Below are positions 10,148-20,454 of a stretch of DNA of 64,000 nucleotides, piece by piece. The notes below the pieces were generated by a model. The model searched no databases. It saw only the letters and a list, made by a program, of their open reading frames with translations, and was not told where the DNA came from. This stretch comes from an uncultured bacterium (GTDB taxonomy: Bacteria > Chloroflexota > UBA5177 > JANWHV01): the NCBI GenBank assembly GCA_963827235.1, contig CAWHAE010000012.1:608001-672000 (forward strand), in the 5' to 3' direction. Both the position numbers and the translations under genes were made by a program. Each line of letters opens with the position of its first letter. The stretch's first letter is position 1.

Positions 10148-11215
10148 ATGAACGCAGAGCTGCCAGATATCGGCAAGATCTCGCCGGAAGTGTTCGACGA
10201 ACTGTTCTACCCACGCCTCGGCAGGCGCTCCGCCAACGTTCTGGTTGGTCCGCGGCACGGGGTGGACGTGGGCGTGGTCGATCTCGGCGGCGGCCAGGTG
10301 ATGGTCACCACCTGCGACCCCGTCTTCATCGTCCCCGCCTACGGCTTCCGCCGCGCAGCCTGGTTCGCCGTGCACATCCTGGCCTCCGACGCCGTGACCT
10401 CTGGACTGGCGCCCACGTATATGTGTATCGACCTCAACCTGCCGCCCTCGATCACGCGGTCCGAGCTCGACGAGCTGTGGACCACGGTGCACGAGGAGTG
10501 CGACCGCCTGGGCATCAGCATCATCAGCGGGCACACGGCGCGCTACCAGGGCTGCGACTACCCCATGGTCGGCGGCGCCACGGTCATGTGCATCGGCTCG
10601 AAGGACCGCTACGTGACGCCCGCCATGGCCCGCCCCGGCGATCAGGTGATCGTCACCAAGGGTGCCGCGATCGAAGCCGCCGGGCTCATGGCCGTGACCT
10701 TTCCCGGCCGCCTGGCCTCGGCATACGGCGCCAGAGTTCGCCAGCGACGCCGAGCAGACTCTTCTCCATGATGAGCGTGGTCGACGACGCCCTGACCGCC
10801 GTCTCCGTGGGCGTGCGCGATGATGGCGTCACCGGCATGCACGACGCCACCGAGTGCGGCGTGTGGGGAGGGTTGTACGAGATCGCCCAGGCCTCGGGAG
10901 TGGGCATGCGCATCGAGCAGGAGCGCGTGCCCGTGCGCGACGACGTGCGCCGGATCTGCGAGCACTTCGACATGGATCCGTATACGTCGATCAGCGAGGG
11001 CACGCTGCTGATTACCTGCAGACCGGGCAAGGCGGGCGAGGTCGTGCAGGCGCTGGCGGCGAAGAACATCGCCGCCGCGGTGGTGGGCGAGGTGACCCCT
11101 CGGCCGAAGGGGTGCGCATGCGTGAGCGGCGGCGACGAGCACGCACTCGAGCACCCGCGCGTCGATCCCTTCTGGGCAGGCCTTTGCCAAGGCCGCGCAG
11201 GGGTCCACGCGGTGA
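10148..11215 (+). CDS. AIR synthase-related (PurM/HypE/ThiL/SelD superfamily) protein; apparent frameshifts near 10733-10758 and 11100-11180
   Basis: GKISPE, GPRHGVDVGVV, TCDP, ILASD, ISGHT, ARPGDQVIVTKG in one frame, then MHDATECGVWGGLYE and SISEGTLL in another. It reconstitutes by removing single extra bases. Confidence 0.8.
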
Positions 11216-11218
11216 ACG

Positions 11219-11846
11219 TTGAGCGCAGCGCGCCTGCGCCTGCACGTGCTCACCGATCGGGCCGCGGCGGGGGCCCGATCGGATGAAGAAGTCGTCCGCG
11301 CCGCGCTGGCCGGAGGGGCGACCGTGATTCAGCTACGAGGCAAGACGCTCTCCGGCGGCCGAGCTTGTGCGCGTGGGTCGCCTGCTGCGCCGGCTCACGC
11401 GAGAGGCCGGGGCCCTGCTTGATCGTCAATGACCGGGTCGACGTCGCCCTGGCGGTCGGCGCCGACGGCGTGCACCTGGGACAGGACGACCTGCCTGCCG
11501 GCGACGCGCGACGACTGATCGGCGCGCGGCGCATGCTCGGCCTCTCGGCGTCGACGGTGGACGAGGCAGTGAGAGCCGACGCGGCCGGCGCCGACTACAT
11601 CGGCTTCGGTCCGGTCTTCGCCACCGGCAGCAAGGAGCGACGCCCGGCCGCCCGGCCGGGTTGGACGCGCTCGGCCGAAGCAGTGGCAGCGGTGAGCGAC
11701 GCCGATCGTGGCCATCGGCGGCATCGACGCCGAGTACCGCGGGCGCCGTGATGGCCACGGGCGCGGCCGGCATTGCCGTGATCGCCGCGGTGGTAGGCGC
11801 CGCAGACGTTGAGGAAGCGGCGCGATCGCTGCGCCGGCTGATGTGA
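11219..11846 (+). CDS. thiE: Thiamine-phosphate synthase (multiple frameshifts, probably sequence errors)
   Basis: LHVLTD, GGATVIQLR.K, LIVNDRVDVALAVGADGVHLGQDDL, GADYIGFGPVFATGSK, VAIGGI, GAAGIAVIAAV spread across frames. Confidence 0.9.
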
Positions 11847-11859
11847 GGAGGAAGCATTC

Positions 11860-12691
11860 ATGACCGGCGATCTGCGGCCGGAGGGCATGGCGCCGCCCAG
11901 GGCGCTGACCATTGCCGGATCGGACTCCGGCGCCGGAGCAGGGCATACAGGCCGACCTCAAGACGTTCGCCGCCCTGGGCGTGTACGGAACCTGCGTGAT
12001 CACTGCCGTGACGGCACAGAATACGCGCGCGGTCGTGCGCGTGGAAGAGCTGAGCACCGAGATCGTCGCGGCTCAGATCGACGCCGTGATGGAGGATATC
12101 GGGGCCGGAGCGGCGAAGACGGGCATGCTCGGCAGCGCGTCGATCGTGGACATCGTGGCCGAGCGTGTGCGGCGCCACGCTCTCGCACCGCTGGTAGTCG
12201 ATCCCGTGATGGTGGCCAAGAGCGGTCACAGGCTGCTGCGCGACGACGCGGTGAGCGCGATGCGCGAGAAGCTGTTGCCGCTGGCCACGATCGTGACGCC
12301 AAACGCGCCGGAAGCCGAGGTGCTGGGAGGCATGCCGATCGCGGGCGAGGAATCGCTGGCCGAGGTCGCGCGGCGCATAGCAGATCTGGGCCCGCGCTTC
12401 GTGCTGATCAAGGGCGGGCACCTGCCGGGCGATAGCGTGGTGGACCGGCTTTGGGATGCGCGCGCCGGGCGGTTCGAGCAGCACGTTTCGCCGCGCCTGC
12501 ATACCACCAGCACGCACGGCACAGGCTGCACGCTGTCCGCGGCGATCGCGGCGTACCTGGCCATGGGGCGCGACGTGCCGGCAGCGGTAGAGGCGGCCTG
12601 CCGGTACGTCGGCTATGGCCATGCGCTCTGCCCAACCGATCGGGGCCGGCCACGGCCCCCTGCACCACTTCTGGGCGTTCGACGAGGCTAG
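11860..12691 (+). CDS. thiD: Hydroxymethylpyrimidine/phosphomethylpyrimidine kinase (frameshifted near 11940 and 12617; end approximate)
   Basis: ALTIAGSDSGAGAG + IQADLKTF, VVDPVMVAKSG, TPNAPEAE, KGGH, THGTGCTLSAAI, G.GHGPLHH. Confidence 0.9.
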
Positions 12692-13104
12692 AAGGCAGGA
12701 CCGGGAAGTAGCTAATATCGCGCCTGATCAGCACTTCAGCGGCGCCAGAGGCGCCAGGATACTCTCCTTCTCACAGTAGTGCAGGCTCCAGTGACCGTCG
12801 TCGTGGCCGTGGCCTGTTCATTTGACGGGATTGCATGGTCTTTCTGGACGATCTTGCCGGTGAGCAGGCGAGCATTCTTGGGATTCCTGCCGGGGTGCCC
12901 CTCGATGGCTATCGGGCAGTGGTGGGACACAGCGGGACGGCTCGTTTGCATCCAGCTCCTCTCGTGCTTGTCCGTGCACGGATCGCTCTCGACGTCGATG
13001 CTGCGATGGTGAACCAGGCTGGGGAACGTATCGGTGGGGAACGCCAGGTCGATCTGATAGGGATCGGCGACGTGAGGATGCGCAAGATCGGGCTTGTCTG
13101 GAGG

Positions 13105-14382
13105 CTAGCGAGCTTCGTGCAGCACGCTCACGCTGCCCAGCCCTGAAGGCGCGCGAGACGACTGCACGCGCCAGGGTAGCACGCGTCGCAGCCACGCCGG
13201 CACACGGTCCCACAGGCTCGGCGTCGTCTGCGAGCCACCGCCGTTGACGACGAACAAACGCGCCTCCCGATCGTCGACCGCGACCGCATCCGGTGTGCTC
13301 CCGACGCCAACGGTAGACACAATCGCGCCGCTGCTGGCGTCCAGGATAGCAACGCTGCCCTCACCCGACGCGCTGCCTTGCTTCAGCACAAACGCTTGCT
13401 TGGTCTGGCCATCCGCAGCGACGCCGATCGGGGCAGAGCCGAGCCGTATGGTGCGGAGCAGCGCGCCGCTCCCGGCATCGAGCACGCTCAGGCCGGCAGT
13501 GCCGGTACCGACCACGTAGAGCCGGCCGCCACGTGTATCCAGCGCCAGGCACTCCGGGGTGTAGGCGACAGCGTACGGCGTTGAGGCAAGCGGGATGGTG
13601 CGCAAGACGGCCCCTGTCCGTGCATCGAGCATCGTCACCGCACCGGCTACCGCGTCCGCCACGAACACGCGTGCGGTCTGCTCGTCCACCACCACGGCAT
13701 AGGGGGCGCCGGCAGCAGGCAGGGCGCGTAAGACGGAGCCGCTGCGTGCATCGACCATGTAGACACGCGCCGGGCTGGTGCCGCCGGTCAGCACGAATGC
13801 CATGCCCGTGCGCTCGTCCACGGCCACCGCGCCCGGGTACGCGGCCTTCGGCCAGGCCTCCAGCTCAATCGTGCGCACGAGGGCACCGGTCCGGGCATCG
13901 AGCACGTCCAGGCCACCAGTCATCGTAGTAGTCCTGGCAAACACCAGCTGCTCCACCAGGAAGACGCGTCCGCTGCGACCGTCCACGCCAATCGCCGTGG
14001 GACCACCCCCGCTCCCCAGTACCGTCGTGCGCAGGACGGCGCCGCTGTGCGCATCGAGCATGCTCACGCTGTTGCCGGCCGTATTGATCACGAACGCATG
14101 CGCGTTCCGTTCATCGACCGCCACGCCCTCGGGACCCTGTCCGACCGCTATCGTCGCGAGGTAGGTGCCGGTCGCGGCGTCCAGCACGCTCACCGTGTTG
14201 TCCCGGCTGTTGACGACGAAGACGCGTCGCGTCTGGTCGTCGACTGCCACCGCGACCGGCTGCCGGCCCACGGCGATGGTGCGCAGCGGTAAAGCCACCT
14301 TATCGAGCCGGGCGATGACGAGAGCACACACACCTGCTGCCAGCAGCAAGGCCACGACGATAACCCGGCGCATCGAGAGCAC
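13105..14382 (-). CDS. YncE/YVTN-type beta-propeller repeat protein, exported
   Basis: N-terminal TM/signal; about eight repeats of TI.VG..P.AVAVD.....FV.N.....VS.LD...G. Confidence 0.85.
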   Translation of the reverse strand: MLSMRRVIVVALLLAAGVCALVIARLDKVALPLRTIAVGRQPVAVAVDDQTRRVFVVNSRDNTVSVLDAATGTYLATIAVGQGPEGVAVDERNAHAFVINTAGNSVSMLDAHSGAVLRTTVLGSGGGPTAIGVDGRSGRVFLVEQLVFARTTTMTGGLDVLDARTGALVRTIELEAWPKAAYPGAVAVDERTGMAFVLTGGTSPARVYMVDARSGSVLRALPAAGAPYAVVVDEQTARVFVADAVAGAVTMLDARTGAVLRTIPLASTPYAVAYTPECLALDTRGGRLYVVGTGTAGLSVLDAGSGALLRTIRLGSAPIGVAADGQTKQAFVLKQGSASGEGSVAILDASSGAIVSTVGVGSTPDAVAVDDREARLFVVNGGGSQTTPSLWDRVPAWLRRVLPWRVQSSRAPSGLGSVSVLHEAR

Positions 14383-14625
14383 CTCCCGTCACGGCGCGGC
14401 CTCCCGAATGGCACGTCGGGAGTAACGTCCGATTCCCGCCCCCGTGAGCTAGCTTACTACCGTCTGGCCGGGCGTCTAGAGCATGTGATACTCAAAGCCC
14501 GCTGGACGGCAACATGTCGTGCACGTACCCGCCGCGATTGTGGCCGCTGCAAGCTTCGGAGGCCATGTGCATGCCGGGATGCGGGGCGGGGGAAGCTCAG
14601 GCGGGGTGGCAGTGAAGTGCAGACC

Positions 14626-15117
14626 TCAGGTCGCGTCGTGCACGCCGTGCTGCGCCATGGCGCACCGCGGCTGGCAGGCGACCATTTTGGCGAGCAGGGC
14701 ACAGAACTGCTCGCGTTCCGGCTTGCTCAGCGCGTCGATGATCGGCTGGGCGGCATGCGCCACTTTCGCCTCGATCTGCTCCATCAGGGCCTCGCCGGCG
14801 GGTGTGAGCGTCAGCACCTTCTGCCGCCTGTCGGCCGGGTTCTCCTCCCGCTCGACGTAGCCTCCGTGGACCAGGCGATCGACCACCCGGCTGGCGGCAG
14901 ATTGCGTGATGGAGATGCATGACGCCACGTCGGCCACGCTCAGCGACGCGCGCTGCAGCATACGCAGCACGATCGACTCGGGAAAGCTAAGGTTGGCATG
15001 CACCATCTCCTCGAAGGCGGGCTGAATGCCGCTCCAGATCAGAAGGTTGATCCATACTTCCAGGAGCTGTTCAGACGGCAGCTCGTCGAGCCGCCGCTCA
15101 TCGGATGTGGCGATCAC
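14626..15117 (-). CDS. MarR family transcriptional regulator
   Basis: SITQSAASRVVDRLVHGGYVERE.NPADRRQKVLTLTPAG winged helix. Confidence 0.9.
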   Translation of the reverse strand: MIATSDERRLDELPSEQLLEVWINLLIWSGIQPAFEEMVHANLSFPESIVLRMLQRASLSVADVASCISITQSAASRVVDRLVHGGYVEREENPADRRQKVLTLTPAGEALMEQIEAKVAHAAQPIIDALSKPEREQFCALLAKMVACQPRCAMAQHGVHDAT

Positions 15118-15237
15118 TGCCGAACGACCTCCTCGTCAAGGCCAAGCGCCCCACGTCGTGGGGCGCTCGCGCACCTGGCGCCGGCTTCACTTACTCTCAC
15201 TCAGTCTCCGCCCGACCGTATTGCAGTCGCCTGCTCA

Positions 15238-16815
15238 TCAGGCCTGCGCTACCTGCGCCGCCTGCGAGCCGTGGGCGGTCTGCAGGGCCGGCTGGGCCGC
15301 TTGAGCGGCATGGTTGCGCCGCAGGACGATGCCCATGATGGTGCCCACGATCGCCATCACTACCACCACCTTGAACGTGTCGGAGAACGCAGACGCCGCG
15401 GCCCTACCCATGGCGTATTGTAACTGCTGGTTCATAGCCGCCGTCGCGGAGGCGGTCATGTGCTTGACGTTGTGGTATTGCGCCATGACCTGTGCCTGGG
15501 CATTGGCCACGTTGGTGTTTCTGCGCGAGGTCACGATGGTCGCAAGGGCGGCCACGGTGAGCGAATTGACGACCTGCGAGAGGGCGTTGGTCAGCGAAGT
15601 GACGCGGCTCACGAGGTTTCGCGGCGCCGCGTTGATCAGGTGCGTGTTCAGCGGCATCATCATCAGCCCCATGCCCACGCCGTAGAGCGCGAGGGGAAGG
15701 ATGAAGGCGGGACCGGAGGTAGAAAGGTTGACGCCGGTCAGGATGAAGGCGCCGACGGCGAGCAGCACGCCGCCGCTGAGCACCAGCGGGCGTGCGCCCA
15801 GCCGGTCAAAGAGGATGCCGCCAATGGGCATGGCTATGGCTGCTCCGAATGCCTGCGGCAGGAGGGCGAGGCCGGTGTCGAAGGCGCCGTAACCGCGCAC
15901 GCCCTGCAGGAAGAGCGGCACGAGGAGGAGGGCGCCGAACATCGCGAACTGCGTGATCCACTGCACGGGAATTGCCAGGCTGAAGTCGGGGGACTTGAAG
16001 ACGCGCAGCTCGAGCAGCGGAGACTCGGCGCGCAGCTCCGCGACACGAAGAGCACCAGGGCGACGACGCCCACCACGATGCCGGCCGATCGTGTTGGCGG
16101 AGGTCCAGCTCGTGCTGCCCTCGCTGATGCCGTAACAGAGTGCGGCAAAGGAGAGCGGCGCCAGAATGAAGCCCGGAATGTCCAGGGCCGGCTACCGACT
16201 GGCGGTCGACCCTGGGCAGGCTGCGCATGCCGAACGCAACGCCGATGATGCCGATCGGCAGATTGAGCAGGAAGATCCAGCGCCAGGTGTGGTACTGCAC
16301 GAGCCAGCCGGCCAGCACAGGGCCGATAGCCGGCGCGAACAGAATCGGCACGCCCATCATGCCCATCAACACGCCGACCTTATCGGGCGGGCTGAGCCGG
16401 TAGATGTAGGCCATGGCAACCGGGATGACGCAGCCGCCGCCGAGGCCCTGCAGGATGCGGAAAAGGATCAGCATGTTGGCGTCCTGCGCCGTGGCGCAGA
16501 GCACGGAGCCCACGGTGAACAGTGCGACGGAGGTCAAGAAGACGTACTTGGCGCCAAAGCGGTCCGACAGCCATCCGGCCAGAGGGATGACGGCGGCCTG
16601 GGCCAGCGAATAGCCGGTGACGGTCCACTGCACGGTAGTGAGCGGGGTTTTGAAGTCGACGACGAGCTTCTGCAGGGCCACGTTGACGGCGGTGCCGTCG
16701 AGCACGACCATGAAGATGCCGACGATGATGGTGATCAGCGGCACCAGGACGGAGCTAATCCGGAATGGAGCTGCTTGCTCGGCTCAGCGTAGTCCCTAGC
16801 GACGGAGACTGCCAC
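15238..16815 (-). CDS. DHA2 (EmrB/QacA) MFS efflux transporter, several frameshifts
   Basis: FMVVLDGTAVNVAL, LAGWLSDRFGAK, FRILQGLGGG, WRWIFLLNLPIG; the C-terminal half lies in ORF 15238-15966. Confidence 0.85.
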
Positions 16816-16940
16816 GATGGATACCCCTTCTGTTTCGCTGCGACAGGCAGATCGCGAGACGCGGGGTGACCGCGCCGGCGGGTGAGAGGCGCCCTTCGTT
16901 CCGGAAAGCCCGGCGGGGGCAGCGACCACCACCCCCAAGT

Positions 16941-16970
16941 ATTATATGCGTATTCGCATATTCTGCGCAA
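16941..16970 (-). promoter_or_regulatory. Sigma70-type promoter with overlapping palindromic operator (likely MarR site)
   Basis: Minus strand TTGCGC-18-TATAAT; palindrome ATATGCG-N4-CGCATAT at 16944-16961, upstream of MFS-marR. Confidence 0.65.
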
Positions 16971-17208
16971 TAGCATGTAACGCAGTTTACTCCCGGGCGT
17001 GCAGTAGCAGCACGTGTTTGGGGGACAGCGTCATTGGCCCCAGGGACAAACAGATCGGCCTTGGGTTGCCACGGCGCTCGACGAGTAACACCCGCTGGAG
17101 TGTCTGCAACCTCAACACAGCACTTTGTTCGGCACTGCGGATAATCCTGTGGAATGCTCCTGCCCCTCATGTGAGCGTGAGAGATCACAAGCTGTGGAAC
17201 AGCCTGGC

Positions 17209-17268
17209 AGACGTTTCGAACAACTACGGACGGAACGCGATGCGGCAAACCCGGATGCCAGGGCATGA
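17209..17268 (+). pseudogene. Possible C-terminal remnant of an AbrB/MazE-type antitoxin
   Basis: RRFEQLRTERDAAN...* resembles antitoxin C-terminal tails and its stop overlaps the PIN start (ATGA). No AbrB N-terminal domain is visible upstream. Confidence 0.35.
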
Positions 17269-17690
17269 ATGCCTGTCTTGACACGTCGGTGCTCGTGCCC
17301 GTGTTCTACGAAGATCACGAGCACCACGAGGCCAGCCTTGCGCTATTCGTGCAGTGCGACAGCGGCGCGAGCTGCTGCGGCGCGCACAGCCTGGTCGAAG
17401 TCTTCGCCACGCTCACCCGCATGCCAGGCCGGCACCGCATTAGCGCTGAGCAGGCAATACTCTTCATCGGCAACATCCTGGAGCGGCTCGCTATCATCAC
17501 GCTGGACGGCAACGAGTACGTGCACGCTCTGGGGACGTCCGCGGCGCTGGGCATTGTCGGCGGCAGCATCCAGGACGCCATTCTGGCTCAATGCGCTCTG
17601 AAAGCCCGATCGGATGCCTTGTACACCTGGAATACTCGCCACTATACGCTCTATGGGCCGGAGGTTACCGGGCGTCGCCAGACGCCGTAA
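17265..17690 (+). CDS. PIN-domain (VapC-like) protein
   Basis: LDTSVL, HEHHEAS, HSLVEVFATLTR, GGSIQDAIL, YTWN.RHY. Confidence 0.9.
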   Translation: MNACLDTSVLVPVFYEDHEHHEASLALFVQCDSGASCCGAHSLVEVFATLTRMPGRHRISAEQAILFIGNILERLAIITLDGNEYVHALGTSAALGIVGGSIQDAILAQCALKARSDALYTWNTRHYTLYGPEVTGRRQTP

Positions 17691-17783
17691 GGTGGCGTCT
17701 GTGCGCCAGCACCTGGAAGCGCCTGCTTGAGCTTCAGCACCCCGTGCCTGCCGTTCGTTCCAGAGAAGGATCCGTTTACGGTA

Positions 17784-18049
17784 CCGGGCCGGGCTACCCG
17801 GCTCCCTTGGTTCGATCCGCCACGCCCTGTCTACTTGGTCGGCAATTGCATGCGCGAAACAAGCGACTACCCTCCATAGGCCGCCCCACCAACGTTCTGA
17901 GGTGGACGACCAGCATGCTGAGGCAATCACATGTCATTCTGGGTCGCGTTTCTTGCAGCGTTCTCACAGGGCGACGCCGGGGGCAGCCCCACCGCCACGA
18001 GAATTGGCACACGAAGTGGCCCGGGTAGCCCAGCCCCCGGGCCACTTCG
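17784..18049. repeat. Inverted pair of similar GC-rich hairpin motifs (REP/MITE-like); the right copy is a 14-bp perfect hairpin
   Basis: 17791-17811 GGGCTACCCGGCTCCCTTGGT vs reverse complement of 18011-18031 GGGCTACCCGGGCCACTTCGT (17/21); stem 18012-18025/18036-18049. Confidence 0.4.
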
Positions 18050-18073
18050 AATGCCTCGACGTGCGTGGCTGCC

Positions 18074-18511
18074 TTACATAACGCCCGGCACCACCACGGC
18101 CCACCAGACGCCCGCCACGCCCTGGCCACTGATGTCGCCGGGCTTCTTGTCGTTGGCGAAGGTGTAGAGCGGAGCGCCATCGTAGGTGAGCTGATCGGCA
18201 CCTCCGGCAAGCATGATCTCCCCGAACGTGCCCGGGACGCCCGCCATCTTGCTCGGCACCGTCATGCCTTTAGCCAGCACGAGCGGTGGCCAGAACGTCG
18301 CGCACTGCCCGGTGCAATTGCTCTTGCCCTTGGTGTCTTTGGCGTAGACGTAGAGCGTCATGCCCTTAGCATCGACCAGGATGTGTGCCGCCGCCGTCTT
18401 CACCGGCGCAGCCACGGCACCGTTCCGGGCGCCGGCGCTTGCGCCGGAGACGACGACCACGAGCAACAGCGGGACGAGCAACAGCGACGATAAGCGAAAT
18501 GAGAACACCAT
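18074..18511 (-). CDS. Secreted repeat protein with Yx(FWY)xxD motifs (COG4315/Lipoprotein_15)
   Basis: GMTLYVYAKD, SNCTGQCATFWPP, QLTYDGAPLYTFAND.KPGD..GQG..GVW. Confidence 0.9.
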   Translation of the reverse strand: MVFSFRLSSLLLVPLLLVVVVSGASAGARNGAVAAPVKTAAAHILVDAKGMTLYVYAKDTKGKSNCTGQCATFWPPLVLAKGMTVPSKMAGVPGTFGEIMLAGGADQLTYDGAPLYTFANDKKPGDISGQGVAGVWWAVVVPGVM

Positions 18512-18891
18512 GGCGTTCCTCCTTCTGGCATCCAGGCGCCGGACCACACTCCGGGTTGCGCCGGTGATAGCTTGCCACAACACAGCGTACGCTCCCGCAT
18601 CTTTACTTTCTAGCCTGAATATTGCTGCTGCGGGTCGTCGTATGCGCTCAAGCCGGCCTCTAGGCGGTCGTCGACTCAGGTCTCAGGACGCGACAAACCT
18701 GCGCTCCAACTCGGCGATGAACGCTTCTGAGAGATGTTCGGAGTCGCACACCGTGGGCCGAATCTGCTCACCAGGCTTGAGCTTCGGATCTCGAGCGTGC
18801 GGTAATCGGCATTTTGGCAGTGGAGCCGTGCTCCATGGTGAGGTCGCCGCGCCAGCCCAGAGGTACCATGAAGAAAGCAAGGAGCAGATAG

Positions 18892-20004
18892 TTGGCCAAT
18901 TCGACGCGTATCCTGGCGGTGGATATCGGCACCGGTACGCAGGACATCTTGATTCTGCAGGCCGGCCAGGAGATTGAGAACGCCATCCAGCTCGTCCTGC
19001 CTTCCCCGACCGTGCTGGTAGCCCGCCGGATCGAGGCGGCCACGGCCCGTGCCGAGGGGCTGCTGCTCACTGGGGTGACCATGGGCGGCGGCCCGTGCGC
19101 GTGGGCCGCGACGGCACACCTCCGGGCCGGGCTGCCGGTGCTTGCTACACCGGATGCCGCCCGCACGTTCGACGACGACCTGGAGGCGGTGGCCCGCATG
19201 GGCGTCCAGATCGTCGCGGAGGACGAAGCAGCGCGGCTGACGGGCGTCTGCACAGTACGGCTCGGCGACTTCATGCCCGAGGCCATCTCGACGGCATTAG
19301 CCGCCTTTGGTGTGTCCACCCGGTTCGACGCGATCGCTCTCGCCGCCTTCGATCACGGTGCGGCGCCGCCCGGGTATAGCGACCGGCGGTTTCGTTTCGA
19401 TTTCCTGCGTAACACGATCGGGCGGGGCGACGACCTTCGCTGCTTTGCCTATACGCCCGATCGCCTGCCACCCTCGCTCACTCGGCTGGCGGCGCTGATC
19501 GCGGACGTGCCTGGAGACGTGCCGGCGGTCGTGATGGACACCGGCGCGGCGGCGGTGCTCGGCGCTCTGGAGGACCCCCTGGTGGGTGCTTCCGCCAGCA
19601 CGCTCCTGGTGAATATCGGCAACTTCCACACTCTGGCGTTCCATCTGGAAGCCGGGCGTATCCGGGCTCTTTTCGAGCACCATACCGGGGAGATCGATCG
19701 TCCCAAGCTGGAGCGCTATCTGCAGGCGCTGGCGGACGGATCGCTCGACGAGCAGACGATCTTCGCCGACGCCGGTCACGGTGCCCTGGCGCTCGCGCCG
19801 CCGCAAACGGTCCCCGGTCTGCTGGCCGTGACGGGACCGCGGCGCCGGCTGCTGGCCGAATCGTCTCAGCGACCCTACTTCGCCGTACCCCATGGCGATA
19901 TGATGCTCTGCGGCTGTTTTGGACTGCTGCGGGGCGTGGCAGCGGCCCTCCCACCGTTCCGCGACATGGTGGAGGCCGCAATGGGCCGCGGCAGCCAACT
20001 CTAA
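18892..20004 (+). CDS. DUF1786 family protein (ASKHA-like fold)
   Basis: ILAVDIGTGTQDIL, GVTMGGGP, DHG..P.GYSDRRFRF, MDTG.AA, VNIGNFHT, FEHHT, P.GDMMLCGCFGL. Confidence 0.85.
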   Translation: MANSTRILAVDIGTGTQDILILQAGQEIENAIQLVLPSPTVLVARRIEAATARAEGLLLTGVTMGGGPCAWAATAHLRAGLPVLATPDAARTFDDDLEAVARMGVQIVAEDEAARLTGVCTVRLGDFMPEAISTALAAFGVSTRFDAIALAAFDHGAAPPGYSDRRFRFDFLRNTIGRGDDLRCFAYTPDRLPPSLTRLAALIADVPGDVPAVVMDTGAAAVLGALEDPLVGASASTLLVNIGNFHTLAFHLEAGRIRALFEHHTGEIDRPKLERYLQALADGSLDEQTIFADAGHGALALAPPQTVPGLLAVTGPRRRLLAESSQRPYFAVPHGDMMLCGCFGLLRGVAAALPPFRDMVEAAMGRGSQL

Positions 20005-20005
20005 T

Positions 20006-20038
20006 ACATTGACATTCGTCGATGTGTTCTGCTATGCT
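20006..20038 (+). promoter_or_regulatory. arsR promoter with overlapping ArsR-type operator
   Basis: TTGACA (20009)-18-TATGCT (20033) with an extended TG; inverted repeat ACATTGAC-N4-GTCGATGT at 20006-20025. Confidence 0.75.
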
Positions 20039-20044
20039 CGAGGC

Positions 20045-20404
20045 ATGAGAGTCGCGACCTTCGCCCGAGAGCTGCCTGTGCGGCGCAAGAATGAGTCCTG
20101 TTGCGCCGCGGTGGAAGAACCCCGCTTGTCGCAAGCTCGCACCGCCTCTCTGGCGGAGTGCCTCAAGGTCCTGGGAGATGCTACGCGCCTGCGCATGCTC
20201 GACCTTCTGGCGCAACAGCCCGAGCCGATCTGTGTCTGCGACGTCACCGCTCGGTTCGCACAGAACCAGCCGACCATCAGCCACCATCTGCGGCTGCTGC
20301 GTGAAGCACGGTTGATCGAGACCGAGAAACGCGGCATCTGGTCCTACTACTGGGCGACGGACTATGGAAGGAGCTGCCTATCGGTCGTGCAATCCTTGCC
20401 CTGA
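20045..20404 (+). CDS. arsR: ArsR/SmtB metalloregulator
   Basis: N-terminal CC, LKVLGDATRLRML, ICVCD, QPTISHHLRLLREA.L, KRGIWSYY. Confidence 0.9.
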   Translation: MRVATFARELPVRRKNESCCAAVEEPRLSQARTASLAECLKVLGDATRLRMLDLLAQQPEPICVCDVTARFAQNQPTISHHLRLLREARLIETEKRGIWSYYWATDYGRSCLSVVQSLP

Positions 20405-20424
20405 GTCCCTTTTTTTGCTCGTAT

Positions 20425-20444
20425 ACATCGATGAACATCAATGA
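20425..20444 (+). promoter_or_regulatory. Second ArsR-type operator just before the arsM RBS
   Basis: ACATCGAT-N4-ATCAATGA matches the site at 20006-20025. Confidence 0.65.
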
Positions 20445-20454
20445 GGAGTATCAC

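Noticed and set aside
8160-10771. Long overlapping ORFs 8160-10124 and 8732-10771 suggesting fusions
   Set aside because: Their N-terminal parts are off-frame readings of thiX/thiY in GC-rich DNA; the real starts are near 9027/9147 and 10148.
12736-13100. Protein-like minus-strand frame (ADPYQIDLAFPTDTF...)
   Set aside because: No convincing start/RBS or family motif; at most a gene remnant.
10700-16815. Many frameshifts in the AIR-synthase-like gene, thiE, thiD and the MFS gene (programmed frameshifting or pseudogenisation?)
   Set aside because: They are mostly single extra bases clustered in one interval across unrelated genes, with no slippery sites and otherwise conserved residues. This best fits low-coverage long-read error; raw reads would settle it.
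17136-17200. DnaA-box-like words (TGCGGATAA, TGTGGAAT, TGTGGAAC)
   Set aside because: They are degenerate and few, with no dnaA or AT-rich unwinding element; insufficient for an origin.
17791-17830. GGTTCGATCC T-loop-like motif (tRNA fragment or att site?)
   Set aside because: No T-stem pairing, no cloverleaf and no integrase nearby.
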